From positions 27,886 to 91,885 of the forward strand of contig CBFDDH010000005.1 of NCBI GenBank assembly GCA_965603515.1: a stretch of DNA of 64,000 nt, read 5' to 3'. Numbering within the stretch: position 1 is the stretch's first letter; the number at the start of each line of letters is the position of its first letter. The DNA is from an uncultured bacterium (GTDB taxonomy: Bacteria; Hydrothermota; Tepidihabitantia; SM23-42). Positions 27,197-36,001 of the stretch are shown piece by piece. The position numbers and the translations under genes were made by a program. The notes under the pieces were generated by a model that was given only the letters and a program-made list of their open reading frames with translations, ran no database searches and had not been told where the DNA came from.

Positions 27197-28434
27197 TCCT
27201 TTGATTTGGGACCTCCTCCGAAGACTGATATCTCCAATCTTGTTTTGAATTCAATGACCTCTTCGATTTTTCGCTCTTCCTTCGCTACTGATACAATTGC
27301 ATCACATATGTCATCCGGGATATGAACACCAGCACCACCATGCGGGACGAGCACAACATTTGCATTACCGTGACAGCACCTTGCAACATCAAAAACAACC
27401 TGTCCGTAATTGATCTCAGGAACTACAAGCGCCTTTACTTTCTTGGCTATTTCAGTGATCCGTTCATCGGGGAATGGCCAGACAGTAACGAGTCTTAGAC
27501 TACCAACTTTTATCCCTCTTTCTCTCGCCATTTCGATACCGCGTACTGCAACCCTCGATGAGATACCATAAGATACGACGACTACATCTGCATCATCAAT
27601 CTGTTCTTCTTTTAACTCAATGATTTTGTCTTTATTGCACTTTATTTTATCTACTAATCTTCTCACATACTTCAGTTTATAATGCTCATCGTCAACTGGG
27701 TAACCGCGTTCATCATGGAGCCTTCCGGAAATGTATAGCTTGTGACCTGATCCGGCCTTAACCATTCTTGGGACAAGGTCTTCATCCGGTTTGAATGGCA
27801 GGTACTCATCAGGTGGACCTGTATACCACCGCCTTGGTTCAATCTCGATTTCTTCAGCTGGCGGGATAACGACTTTCTCGGTCATATGACCAACGCATTC
27901 ATCAGACATTATCATAACTGGACAACGATATTTTTCTGCCAGATTAAAGGCCTTTATTGTGTAATCAAACAGTTCCTGAGGAGATTCCGGCGCTATGACG
28001 ATGAGCCCATAATCACCGTGTGAGCCCCAACGCGCCTGCATCATATCTGCTTGCCCGGTCTTAGTTGGAACCCCAGTTGAAGGACCACCGCGCTGGATAT
28101 TAAGCAGTACAAACGGCGTCTCAAGCATTGCCCCAAATCCGACCGTCTCCATCATCAAGGAATAACCAGGTCCAGATGTTATGGTCATCGTCTTCGCGCC
28201 TGCCCATGCCCCGCCGACGATTGCTGATACTGAAGCAAGTTCATCTTCCATTTGAATGAACAAGGCACCGTTTTTTGGGGCGATACGCGCAAAAGCCTCA
28301 GCCGCTTCAGTTGATGGTGTAATCGGATAACCGGCGACGAACTTACACCCCGCAGCAAGCGCCCCATAACCAGAGGCAACATCACCATCAATGTAGTAGA
28401 CGCCGCTGAGCACATCTCTTTGATCAGCCTTCAC
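27193..28434 (-). CDS. 2-oxoacid:ferredoxin oxidoreductase alpha subunit, copy 2
   Basis: 413 aa. YPITPSTE, GGPSTGVPTKTGQADMMQARWGSHGD motifs of KorA/PorA. Confidence 0.85.
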   Translation of the reverse strand: MKADQRDVLSGVYYIDGDVASGYGALAAGCKFVAGYPITPSTEAAEAFARIAPKNGALFIQMEDELASVSAIVGGAWAGAKTMTITSGPGYSLMMETVGFGAMLETPFVLLNIQRGGPSTGVPTKTGQADMMQARWGSHGDYGLIVIAPESPQELFDYTIKAFNLAEKYRCPVMIMSDECVGHMTEKVVIPPAEEIEIEPRRWYTGPPDEYLPFKPDEDLVPRMVKAGSGHKLYISGRLHDERGYPVDDEHYKLKYVRRLVDKIKCNKDKIIELKEEQIDDADVVVVSYGISSRVAVRGIEMARERGIKVGSLRLVTVWPFPDERITEIAKKVKALVVPEINYGQVVFDVARCCHGNANVVLVPHGGAGVHIPDDICDAIVSVAKEERKIEEVIEFKTRLEISVFGGGPKSKE

Positions 28435-28526
28435 CCGTCAGACCTCCTTTCAACCATCTTTCAATATAACGCTTACCTATTCCAAACGTTAAATGTTTTT
28501 TCTCTGTACCGCTATCTTCATAAGGT

Positions 28527-29420
28527 CTAACCGGGTTCATTTTCACCATCCTTGATCTCGGATAACCACTCGTTATAGCGATCTGTATAACTCGGTCTTT
28601 CTCGGTCGACGAACTTACCCATTATAATCTTTCCCTGTAAAGCTATATCAAGATTCTTGGTATCCTCATCATGACGTATTTCCGTATTATCATGGTAGAA
28701 ACGCATCATATCAAGGCCATCCCCTAATCGGTTGATCCTTGAGTAATATTGGGCACATGGCGATATAGCTTCAACTACAGAAAATCCTTTTTTATTGAGT
28801 GCTTCAACAAAAGAATTCATAAGCCGACGGACATGAAGCGTGGTCCAACGCGCCACATACACAGCACCTGAAGATTCTGCCAAATATGGTATATTAAAAG
28901 GCGGCTCAACACACCCAAAAGGACAGGTTGTGGCATACGCAGTGAGCGGTGTTGTCGGAGCAACCTGACCACCAGTCATCGCGTAGATGAAGTTGTTTAC
29001 GCATATGACGAGCATATCGATATTTCTTCGCGCTGCATGGATAAAATGATTTCCACCGATCGCAATAAGATCACCATCGCCAGAGAAAACCACGACTTTC
29101 ATGTCCGGGTTGGCAACTTTAATACCCGTAGCAAAAGCGATCGCCCGCCCATGAGTAGTGTGGAATGAATCGAGCTTCACATACCCGGCAACCCTGCCTG
29201 TACAACCAATACCAGAAACAATAGCTACCTTATTAAGATCTATCTCGGCTTTTTCAAGCGCCGCTGCAAACGCAGTAACTGCTAAACCAATTCCACAACC
29301 CGGGCACCAAATATGTGGTATCCTGTCCATGCGAAGCACATTTTCCATCGGATGGATTATGTCCATACCTGATCGACCAGATTGGGTCTCCTCTTGCTGC
29401 ATTGTTTTTGGTATTTCCAT
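28527..29420 (-). CDS. 2-oxoacid:ferredoxin oxidoreductase beta subunit, copy 1
   Basis: 297 aa. WCPGCG, GDGDLIAIGGNHFIHAARRN. Confidence 0.8.
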   Translation of the reverse strand: MEIPKTMQQEETQSGRSGMDIIHPMENVLRMDRIPHIWCPGCGIGLAVTAFAAALEKAEIDLNKVAIVSGIGCTGRVAGYVKLDSFHTTHGRAIAFATGIKVANPDMKVVVFSGDGDLIAIGGNHFIHAARRNIDMLVICVNNFIYAMTGGQVAPTTPLTAYATTCPFGCVEPPFNIPYLAESSGAVYVARWTTLHVRRLMNSFVEALNKKGFSVVEAISPCAQYYSRINRLGDGLDMMRFYHDNTEIRHDEDTKNLDIALQGKIIMGKFVDRERPSYTDRYNEWLSEIKDGENEPG

Positions 29421-29431
29421 TCTACACTCCC

Positions 29432-30649
29432 TTATCTAAGCTCAACGATCCGGTCTATGATTCTATCATCTTGGACCGCTTGATTTATCGCCCTGAGGAT
29501 ATCCTCGGTGTCTTCAACACCTTTTCCACCATGTGGGATGAAGAACACATTTGATTTACCATAACTACACCGTTCGACTTCCAGAACAACCTGTCCGAAA
29601 TTCATTTCTGGCACGACAAATGCATTAACTTTCCCGGCGAGTTCGGCTACGCGCTTCCCGGGAAATGGCCACACCGTTACCAATTTTAGACTTCCAACCT
29701 TTAACCCTAAACCCCTTGCTTGTTCCATCGCTTTCAATGCAGCCCTTGATGATACTCCATATGAAACAATAACAATATCAGCGTCTTCAATATTGGCTTC
29801 CTGCACTTCAATAATTTCATCCGTATAATCCCGTATTTTCTTTACCAGTGGATGCACATTGTACTCCTGGCATTCTTCATTCATGATCGGATAGCCACGA
29901 TCATCATGGGTCAAACCAGTCACGTGGAATTTATACCCCTGACCTATATCAACCATGCGTGGGATTAAATCTTCATCTCTTTTAAATGGCAAATAACTAC
30001 CTTTCGGACCATCGAAATATCGGCGCGGTTCAAGTGTGATGTCTTCCGCGCGCGGAATCACCACCTCTTCCTGCAAATGGGCGACGTATTCGTCGGACAT
30101 CACAGCCACGGGGATACGAAAGCGTTCTGAAAAATTAAATGCTTTTATTGTAAAATCAAACATCTCCTGTGAAGAACTCGGCGCAAGCGCAATCAACTCA
30201 TAATCGCCATGTGAACCCCAGCGTGCCTGCATCATATCTCCTTGAGACGGCTGGCTGGGCAACCCAAGACCCGGACCGACCCTTTGAACATCAACGATTA
30301 CACAGGGTGTCTCCAGCATTATGCCAAGCCCGAGATGTTCCATCATCAGTGATAATCCAGGGCCAGAAGTCACGGTCATTGATTTCTTACCAGTCCATGA
30401 AGCGCCGATAACTGCCGCGAGGCTTGAAATCTCATCCTCCATCTGAATAAAGGTTGCGCCCGCCTTTTTCGCTCGTTGAAGAAACCTTTCACTGACCTCC
30501 AGTGCTGGGGCAATAGGATAAACCCCTAAAAACCGACATCCTGCGGCCAATGCGCCTTCTGCACAAGCACAATTGCCGCTAAGATTATATGTACCAGTCA
30601 AAACACCACTTGGATCTGCCTTCACCCCGTTTGACCTCCTTTTAACCAT
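29432..30649 (-). CDS. 2-oxoacid:ferredoxin oxidoreductase alpha subunit, copy 1
   Basis: 405 aa. YPIAPALE, VGPGLGLPSQPSQGDMMQARWGSHGD. Confidence 0.85.
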   Translation of the reverse strand: MVKRRSNGVKADPSGVLTGTYNLSGNCACAEGALAAGCRFLGVYPIAPALEVSERFLQRAKKAGATFIQMEDEISSLAAVIGASWTGKKSMTVTSGPGLSLMMEHLGLGIMLETPCVIVDVQRVGPGLGLPSQPSQGDMMQARWGSHGDYELIALAPSSSQEMFDFTIKAFNFSERFRIPVAVMSDEYVAHLQEEVVIPRAEDITLEPRRYFDGPKGSYLPFKRDEDLIPRMVDIGQGYKFHVTGLTHDDRGYPIMNEECQEYNVHPLVKKIRDYTDEIIEVQEANIEDADIVIVSYGVSSRAALKAMEQARGLGLKVGSLKLVTVWPFPGKRVAELAGKVNAFVVPEMNFGQVVLEVERCSYGKSNVFFIPHGGKGVEDTEDILRAINQAVQDDRIIDRIVELR

Positions 30650-30731
30650 CTAATAACATAACATTTGCTTATCATAAACTTCAAACATTTTTTCTCTGTG
30701 CTCCCGTCTTTATAATATCTAACGGGATTCA

Positions 30732-31028
30732 TTATTTCCCTTCCCCGGAATTCACTCCAACAGGATTTTCGTCTTTTTTTAACGTCACATAGATCGCAAA
30801 TTCTGGACATAACATCTCACAAAGATGACACTCAACACAATCATCAGGATTCGTGATCTTGGGTGGATGATATCCTTTGGTATTGAACTCCTCGGACATT
30901 TCAAAAACATCTTTGGGACAGTACTCAACACAAAAGCTACATCCTTTACACCGTTCTTCTATTATATGAATTTCACCACACGGAATCTTAATTTCATCCA
31001 AATCAAAAGGTTTTCGCCAAAGTTTCAT
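30732..31028 (-). CDS. 2-oxoacid:ferredoxin oxidoreductase delta subunit (2x[4Fe-4S] ferredoxin)
   Basis: 98 aa. CKGCSFCVEYCP and CVECHLCEMLCP. AAGGAG RBS. Confidence 0.8.
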   Translation of the reverse strand: MKLWRKPFDLDEIKIPCGEIHIIEERCKGCSFCVEYCPKDVFEMSEEFNTKGYHPPKITNPDDCVECHLCEMLCPEFAIYVTLKKDENPVGVNSGEGK

Positions 31029-31114
31029 ATCAACTCCTTAATGATCATTTTAGCCGAGACATCTATAATAGATATTTTGTCTTCCCTAAGCTCCCCAACT
31101 CCCATTCCACATGC

Positions 31115-31142
31115 ATTATAGTAAAATAGGCTTAAATGTCAA
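31115..31142 (-). promoter_or_regulatory. Near-consensus sigma70 promoter TTGACA-N16-TATAAT driving the OFOR-Hdr operon
   Basis: Minus strand: TTGACA = complement 31142..31137. TATAAT = complement 31120..31115. About 80-nt leader with AAGGAG RBS. The leader contains the palindrome ATCTATAATAGAT (31059-31071). Confidence 0.6.
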
Positions 31143-31153
31143 GAACAAGTAAC

Positions 31154-31819
31154 TTATTTCTGTTTCTCGGCATGGTGTTTAATAACACGCGCTTGAGCGA
31201 TATATATGACATCTTCGCAAATATTCGTTGCCAAATCGGCAATGCGTTCAAGATTCTTGGCAACCAAGAGAAGTGGTATGGCCGAACCAATTTTATCTGG
31301 CTGTTCAAGCATGTAAGTAAGCAGTATCCTCATTGTCTCATCCCTCATTTCATCCACCACGTTATCTCTTTCACAGACTTGCTGAGCCATTTCCGCATCA
31401 TTGTTCATAAAACTCTTGACGCTGTCATTGAGCATCTTTTTTACCTCAACGACCATTGACCAGATATTACTTACCGGCTTGATACGCGGTTGTTCAATCA
31501 AAAAAGCGACTGAACCGGTAATATTCACCGCATGATCACCCATTCTTTCCAAATCATTGTTCATCTTAATGACCCCGATCAAGAATCTTAAATCAGTACC
31601 TACTGGCTGGTGGCGTGCAATAAGTTCGACGCACTGATCCTCAATAGCAATCTCGAAACGATCGATTCTATGATCGATTTCTTTGACTTCCGACGCCATC
31701 TTGAGGTCTCTATTCTTAAGCGCTTCCAGCGCTTTGGTAATCGATTCGTCAACCATTGAGGCCATTTCTAAAAGGTTCTTTTTCACCTTTTGCAGTTCTT
31801 CATCAAAATGGCGATCCAT
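31154..31819 (-). CDS. phoU: Phosphate transport system regulator PhoU
   Basis: 221 aa, two PhoU repeats (…DxxID…). Confidence 0.85.
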   Translation of the reverse strand: MDRHFDEELQKVKKNLLEMASMVDESITKALEALKNRDLKMASEVKEIDHRIDRFEIAIEDQCVELIARHQPVGTDLRFLIGVIKMNNDLERMGDHAVNITGSVAFLIEQPRIKPVSNIWSMVVEVKKMLNDSVKSFMNNDAEMAQQVCERDNVVDEMRDETMRILLTYMLEQPDKIGSAIPLLLVAKNLERIADLATNICEDVIYIAQARVIKHHAEKQK

Positions 31820-31873
31820 TATACCCCCTTACTTTTTAGCCATTAGCAATTAGCCACTGGCTATCAGCAAAAC

Positions 31874-32623
31874 TCATCCAAATCTCCCTGAAATGTAATC
31901 AAACGTACGTTTGTCTGATGGGTTGGTAAAAATCTTCTTCGCACTATCGAACTCAATCAATTCACCAAGAAGCATGAAACCAACCTCATCAGCAATACGC
32001 GCAGCTTGTTGCATATTGTGAGTTACTATTATGATCGTATATTTTCGTTTTAGTTCCAGCATTAGTTCCTCGATCTTACCAGTAGCAATAGGATCGAGGG
32101 AAGAGCAGGGTTCATCCATAAGTAGTATTTCCGGCTCAACTGCGAGAAGTCTGGCAATACATAGTCTCTGCTGTTTTTCTGCCGAAAGGCTTAGTGCCGA
32201 TTCTCTTAGCCGACCTTTCAATACACCAAACAGATCAACTGCAGCAAGTGAACGTTCAACAATGTCCCGCAATGTTTTCTTATCAGTAATACCCCAAACC
32301 CTTGGACCATAAGCGATATTGTCAAATATCGATAATGGAAAAGCATTGGGTCGTTGAAAGACCATACCTACTTTTTTGCGCAATAGAATAAGGTCGCAGA
32401 TCGATGAATGTATGTCCTCACGATCAATCAACACCGCACCGGTGATTCTTGCACCCCGGATCAAATCGTTCATCCTATTGAAAACCCTGAGCAAAGTTGA
32501 TTTACCACAACCCGACGGCCCAATAATTCCAGTAATCAAGTTTTCTTTGATCGATAGATCGATATCTTTCAAAGCGTGGAAACTCCCGTAGTAAAGATTC
32601 AAATTCGCTGTTTTAACGATCAT
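31874..32623 (-). CDS. pstB: Phosphate ABC transporter ATP-binding protein PstB (second tandem copy)
   Basis: GPSGCGKST Walker A, LSGGQQQRL-like signature (LSAEKQQRL), 249 aa. Confidence 0.85.
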   Translation of the reverse strand: MIVKTANLNLYYGSFHALKDIDLSIKENLITGIIGPSGCGKSTLLRVFNRMNDLIRGARITGAVLIDREDIHSSICDLILLRKKVGMVFQRPNAFPLSIFDNIAYGPRVWGITDKKTLRDIVERSLAAVDLFGVLKGRLRESALSLSAEKQQRLCIARLLAVEPEILLMDEPCSSLDPIATGKIEELMLELKRKYTIIIVTHNMQQAARIADEVGFMLLGELIEFDSAKKIFTNPSDKRTFDYISGRFG

Positions 32624-33363
32624 CCAAACCTTCCTCGAATATAGCCATCGGTCCTTGCATCGGCTGGTTTCGTAAAGATCTTTTCAGTCTTGTTAACCTC
32701 AATTAGTTCACCACCCAGAAAAAAAGCAGTCCGGTCTGCAGTTCTTGCTGCTTGTTTTGTATTATTAGTTACTAATATGAAAGTGTATATTTTTTTCAGC
32801 TCAAGCATTGTTGCTTCAATCTTGGCCGTTGAAATTGGGTCTAAACCTGAGCATGGTTCATCCATCATAATCACTTCAGGGTTCATTGCTAAGGTCCTTG
32901 CGATGCATAAACGTTGCTGCTGACCACCTGACAGAGTTGATGCTGACTCGTATAATCTGTCCTTCACCTCTTCCCAGAGATTAGCTGCCTGCAACGCGTC
33001 AGCAACCGTATCATTGAGTTCCCGTTTCTTTATTTTCCTGTGGAGTTTTGGACCGTAGCTCATATTTTTTAAAATCGTACCCGGTAGGACAACCGGTGTT
33101 GCAAAAATCAACCCTACCCGCCTTCTGAGGTCATTGATAGGTATATCAAAAATATCTTCCCCATCCAACCTTATCTTGCCCGAAATACGAGCATAATCGA
33201 TCTCGTAAAGACGATTAATGGCACGCAATAAAGAACTCTTACCCGCATTGGCTGGACCAATAACACCAAGGATTTCCTTTTCGTGAACTGCCAGATTCAC
33301 ATCAGTTAAGACCTGGTTTTGCCCATAAAAAAGACTCAGTTGATCAATTACAATCTTCGGCAT
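32620..33363 (-). CDS. pstB: Phosphate ABC transporter ATP-binding protein PstB (first tandem copy)
   Basis: GPANAGKSS Walker A, LSGGQQQRL, 247 aa. 4-nt overlap with the downstream pstB. Confidence 0.85.
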   Translation of the reverse strand: MPKIVIDQLSLFYGQNQVLTDVNLAVHEKEILGVIGPANAGKSSLLRAINRLYEIDYARISGKIRLDGEDIFDIPINDLRRRVGLIFATPVVLPGTILKNMSYGPKLHRKIKKRELNDTVADALQAANLWEEVKDRLYESASTLSGGQQQRLCIARTLAMNPEVIMMDEPCSGLDPISTAKIEATMLELKKIYTFILVTNNTKQAARTADRTAFFLGGELIEVNKTEKIFTKPADARTDGYIRGRFG

Positions 33364-33366
33364 ATT

Positions 33367-34209
33367 CTAGTAATACTTGGCCATGAAACGATGCATTAAC
33401 CGGTAAGCAACGAGGTTGACAAAGAGGATGATAATAATAAGAACCGTAGCTGTAGCATAAGCCTTAGGCATAGATATCCCTTCGCGGGCAAGGATATAGA
33501 AGTGAACCGCCAGGGTCCGCGTCGATGAAAATACTGAAGTCGGCATACCCAAAGAAGAACCAGCCGTAAATATGACTGCGGCAGTTTCACCGATCGCACG
33601 ACCGATGCCGAGAATAACACCGGTTAAAATACCAGGCAGTGATGTAGGTAGAACAACCTTCAATATCGTATCAAGCTTACCACCGCCTAATGAGTAACTG
33701 ATTTCACGATAGGATTGAGGCACTGCTTTTATAGCTTCTTCACTGGTGCGTATAATGGTCGGTATGATCATTACCGCAAGGGTCAAACTGCCTGACAGAA
33801 TACTCCAGCCTAATTTCAATTGTATTACAAAAAATATAAAACCAAATAAACCAAAGATAATAGAAGGAACACCGGCAAGGCAATCTGCTCCAAAACTGAT
33901 TATCTTGCGCAATAATCCGCCTCTAGTATATTCGACAAGATAAACAGCACTTCCAACGCCCAAAGGTGTTGCAATAATTATGGCAAGAACCGTGATAAAC
34001 AACGTACCGACTATCGAAGGTAAGATACCCCCTTCTTTACCCATTTCCCTGGTTCTATCGGTTAGGAATTCAAGACTCAGTTGAGCAAAGCCGTTCTTGA
34101 AAACATACCCGATTATGAAAAATAGCACGATAACGGTAACGATCGTCATAAGTAAAAGGATAATATGAGCTATTATTTGGCTTGTTCGCGGACCGATCCT
34201 AAAAGTCAT
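33367..34209 (-). CDS. pstA: Phosphate ABC transporter permease PstA
   Basis: 280 aa polytopic membrane protein. EAA-like motif GIGRAIGETAAV. Confidence 0.8.
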   Translation of the reverse strand: MTFRIGPRTSQIIAHIILLLMTIVTVIVLFFIIGYVFKNGFAQLSLEFLTDRTREMGKEGGILPSIVGTLFITVLAIIIATPLGVGSAVYLVEYTRGGLLRKIISFGADCLAGVPSIIFGLFGFIFFVIQLKLGWSILSGSLTLAVMIIPTIIRTSEEAIKAVPQSYREISYSLGGGKLDTILKVVLPTSLPGILTGVILGIGRAIGETAAVIFTAGSSLGMPTSVFSSTRTLAVHFYILAREGISMPKAYATATVLIIIILFVNLVAYRLMHRFMAKYY

Positions 34210-35042
34210 TCTCGACGTCCAGTTATCCTTATTGCAATAATATTTAAGGTTATTATAATAATGAAAAGAAAAGCACCGCAGGCAAAAAGTGCGGCGCGGT
34301 GATCACCGGTTGCATAACCTAATTCCAAAGCGATCGTCGAAGTCAGAGTACGAACTGAATCCAATATTGAATGAGGTATTTTTAGTGCATTACCAGCGAT
34401 CATAATCACCGCCATAGTCTCACCGATCGCTCGACCCATACCAAGGATAATACCGGCTACGATACCTGAACGAGCCGCTGGTATAAGCAGCTTAACTACG
34501 GTCTGCCATTTGGTTGCGCCTAATGCATAAGACCCCTCACGATAGGTATTGGGCACCGCAATTAGTGAATCATAGGATATACTGACGATAGTCGGCAAGA
34601 TCATTATGCCTAAAATAATACTCGAAGCCAGCACTGAAAACCCTGGTCCTCCAAAATGAGTGCGAATAAACGGCACCAGGATAACAATGCCTATAAAACC
34701 ATAGACCACTGAAGGAATACCAGCTAATAGTTCAATGATCGGCTTTAATGTCTTTTGAACCATCTTTGAGGAGAATTCAGCGAGATATATTGCGCAGGCA
34801 AGGCCAAAAGGAATACCAACGATCAGGGCACCGATCGTGACCATTAAGGACCCGATAATCATCGATAAAATACCAAATTGACCTCTGGTTGGCGACCAGT
34901 GCATTGAGAAGAAATTACCCAATCCAATCTTGAAAATCAACGGAATACCCTGTTGAAAAATAAAGAAGGTAATGAGAAGAAGTGAACCGATTGCAGAAAA
35001 AGCAATGAAGAGTAAGAGCTTCTCAGCGATCTTATCTTTCAT
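34206..35042 (-). CDS. pstC: Phosphate ABC transporter permease PstC
   Basis: 278 aa. GMGRAIGETMAVIM. Confidence 0.8.
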   Translation of the reverse strand: MKDKIAEKLLLFIAFSAIGSLLLITFFIFQQGIPLIFKIGLGNFFSMHWSPTRGQFGILSMIIGSLMVTIGALIVGIPFGLACAIYLAEFSSKMVQKTLKPIIELLAGIPSVVYGFIGIVILVPFIRTHFGGPGFSVLASSIILGIMILPTIVSISYDSLIAVPNTYREGSYALGATKWQTVVKLLIPAARSGIVAGIILGMGRAIGETMAVIMIAGNALKIPHSILDSVRTLTSTIALELGYATGDHRAALFACGAFLFIIIITLNIIAIRITGRRE

Positions 35043-35045
35043 ACG

Positions 35046-35837
35046 CTAGTACTTACCTATTTCTGTAGCTGATATCAAACCATCACTTTTTAATATATCC
35101 TGACCTTTTTCAGAAAGCACAAATTCAATGAATTTCTTCACTTCACCAGTCGGTTCTTCAAGTAGTAAAAAGAGAAAAGGTCTGGTAAAACCGTATCGGC
35201 AGCTTAGCAAATTAGCAAGCGTCGGTTTATTGCCATCTATTGCCAAAGCTTTTTCCCGTTCGTCAACCAAGCCAACTGAAATGTAGCCGATCCCTTGAGG
35301 TGTTGTGGCAATTATTTCACGGACCGCCCCGTTTGAATCCTGCACCAGACAGGCATCACTGATCGCGTGCTCACCCATAACCATATCTTCAAACGCACCT
35401 CTGGTACCTGACCCTTCTTCTCTGGTAACCGGAATAATCTCTCCACTTTCACCTCCGAGTTCTGACCAATCCTTATGGGTTCCAGCAAAGATACCCTGTA
35501 TCTGTTTGATGGTCAAATCATCTATTGGATTATCTTTGTGGACGATGATCGCAATGCCATCAATTGCGATCAAAAATTCACGTAGTTCTTTTTCATCACC
35601 CTTAAGGTTTCGCGATGAGGTGCCGATATGACAAGTATTATTAAAGGTCGCCTGAATCCCTGCAGTTGATCCGCCACCTTGAATATTTACATGGATACTC
35701 GGGTTTTCTTCTGTAAAACGTTCGGCGACTCTTTCGATGAAAGGTAGAACTGACGTAGATCCGGCAATAATGATTCCATCCTTTCTCTGGGAACAGGTTG
35801 TGAGGAAAAGCATGCAAACAATGGCGAGATAGCGCAC
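35046..35837 (-). CDS. pstS: Phosphate-binding protein PstS
   Basis: 263 aa. Signal peptide. GSTSVLPF...GGGS-TAGI motif of PBP superfamily phosphate binders. Confidence 0.8.
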   Translation of the reverse strand: MRYLAIVCMLFLTTCSQRKDGIIIAGSTSVLPFIERVAERFTEENPSIHVNIQGGGSTAGIQATFNNTCHIGTSSRNLKGDEKELREFLIAIDGIAIIVHKDNPIDDLTIKQIQGIFAGTHKDWSELGGESGEIIPVTREEGSGTRGAFEDMVMGEHAISDACLVQDSNGAVREIIATTPQGIGYISVGLVDEREKALAIDGNKPTLANLLSCRYGFTRPFLFLLLEEPTGEVKKFIEFVLSEKGQDILKSDGLISATEIGKY

Positions 35838-36001
35838 TGTGCGGTAATTATAATCAGAATCTAACCTGCGTCAACTACTTTTAACATATACCACGATCTC
35901 AACAATTCACTGTTTCCCAATTACTTAATTACTGAATAACTTAACAACCAAATGCCTTGTCTTGTATTGACTTCGCACACCCTGTGAATATCATATAAAC
36001 C

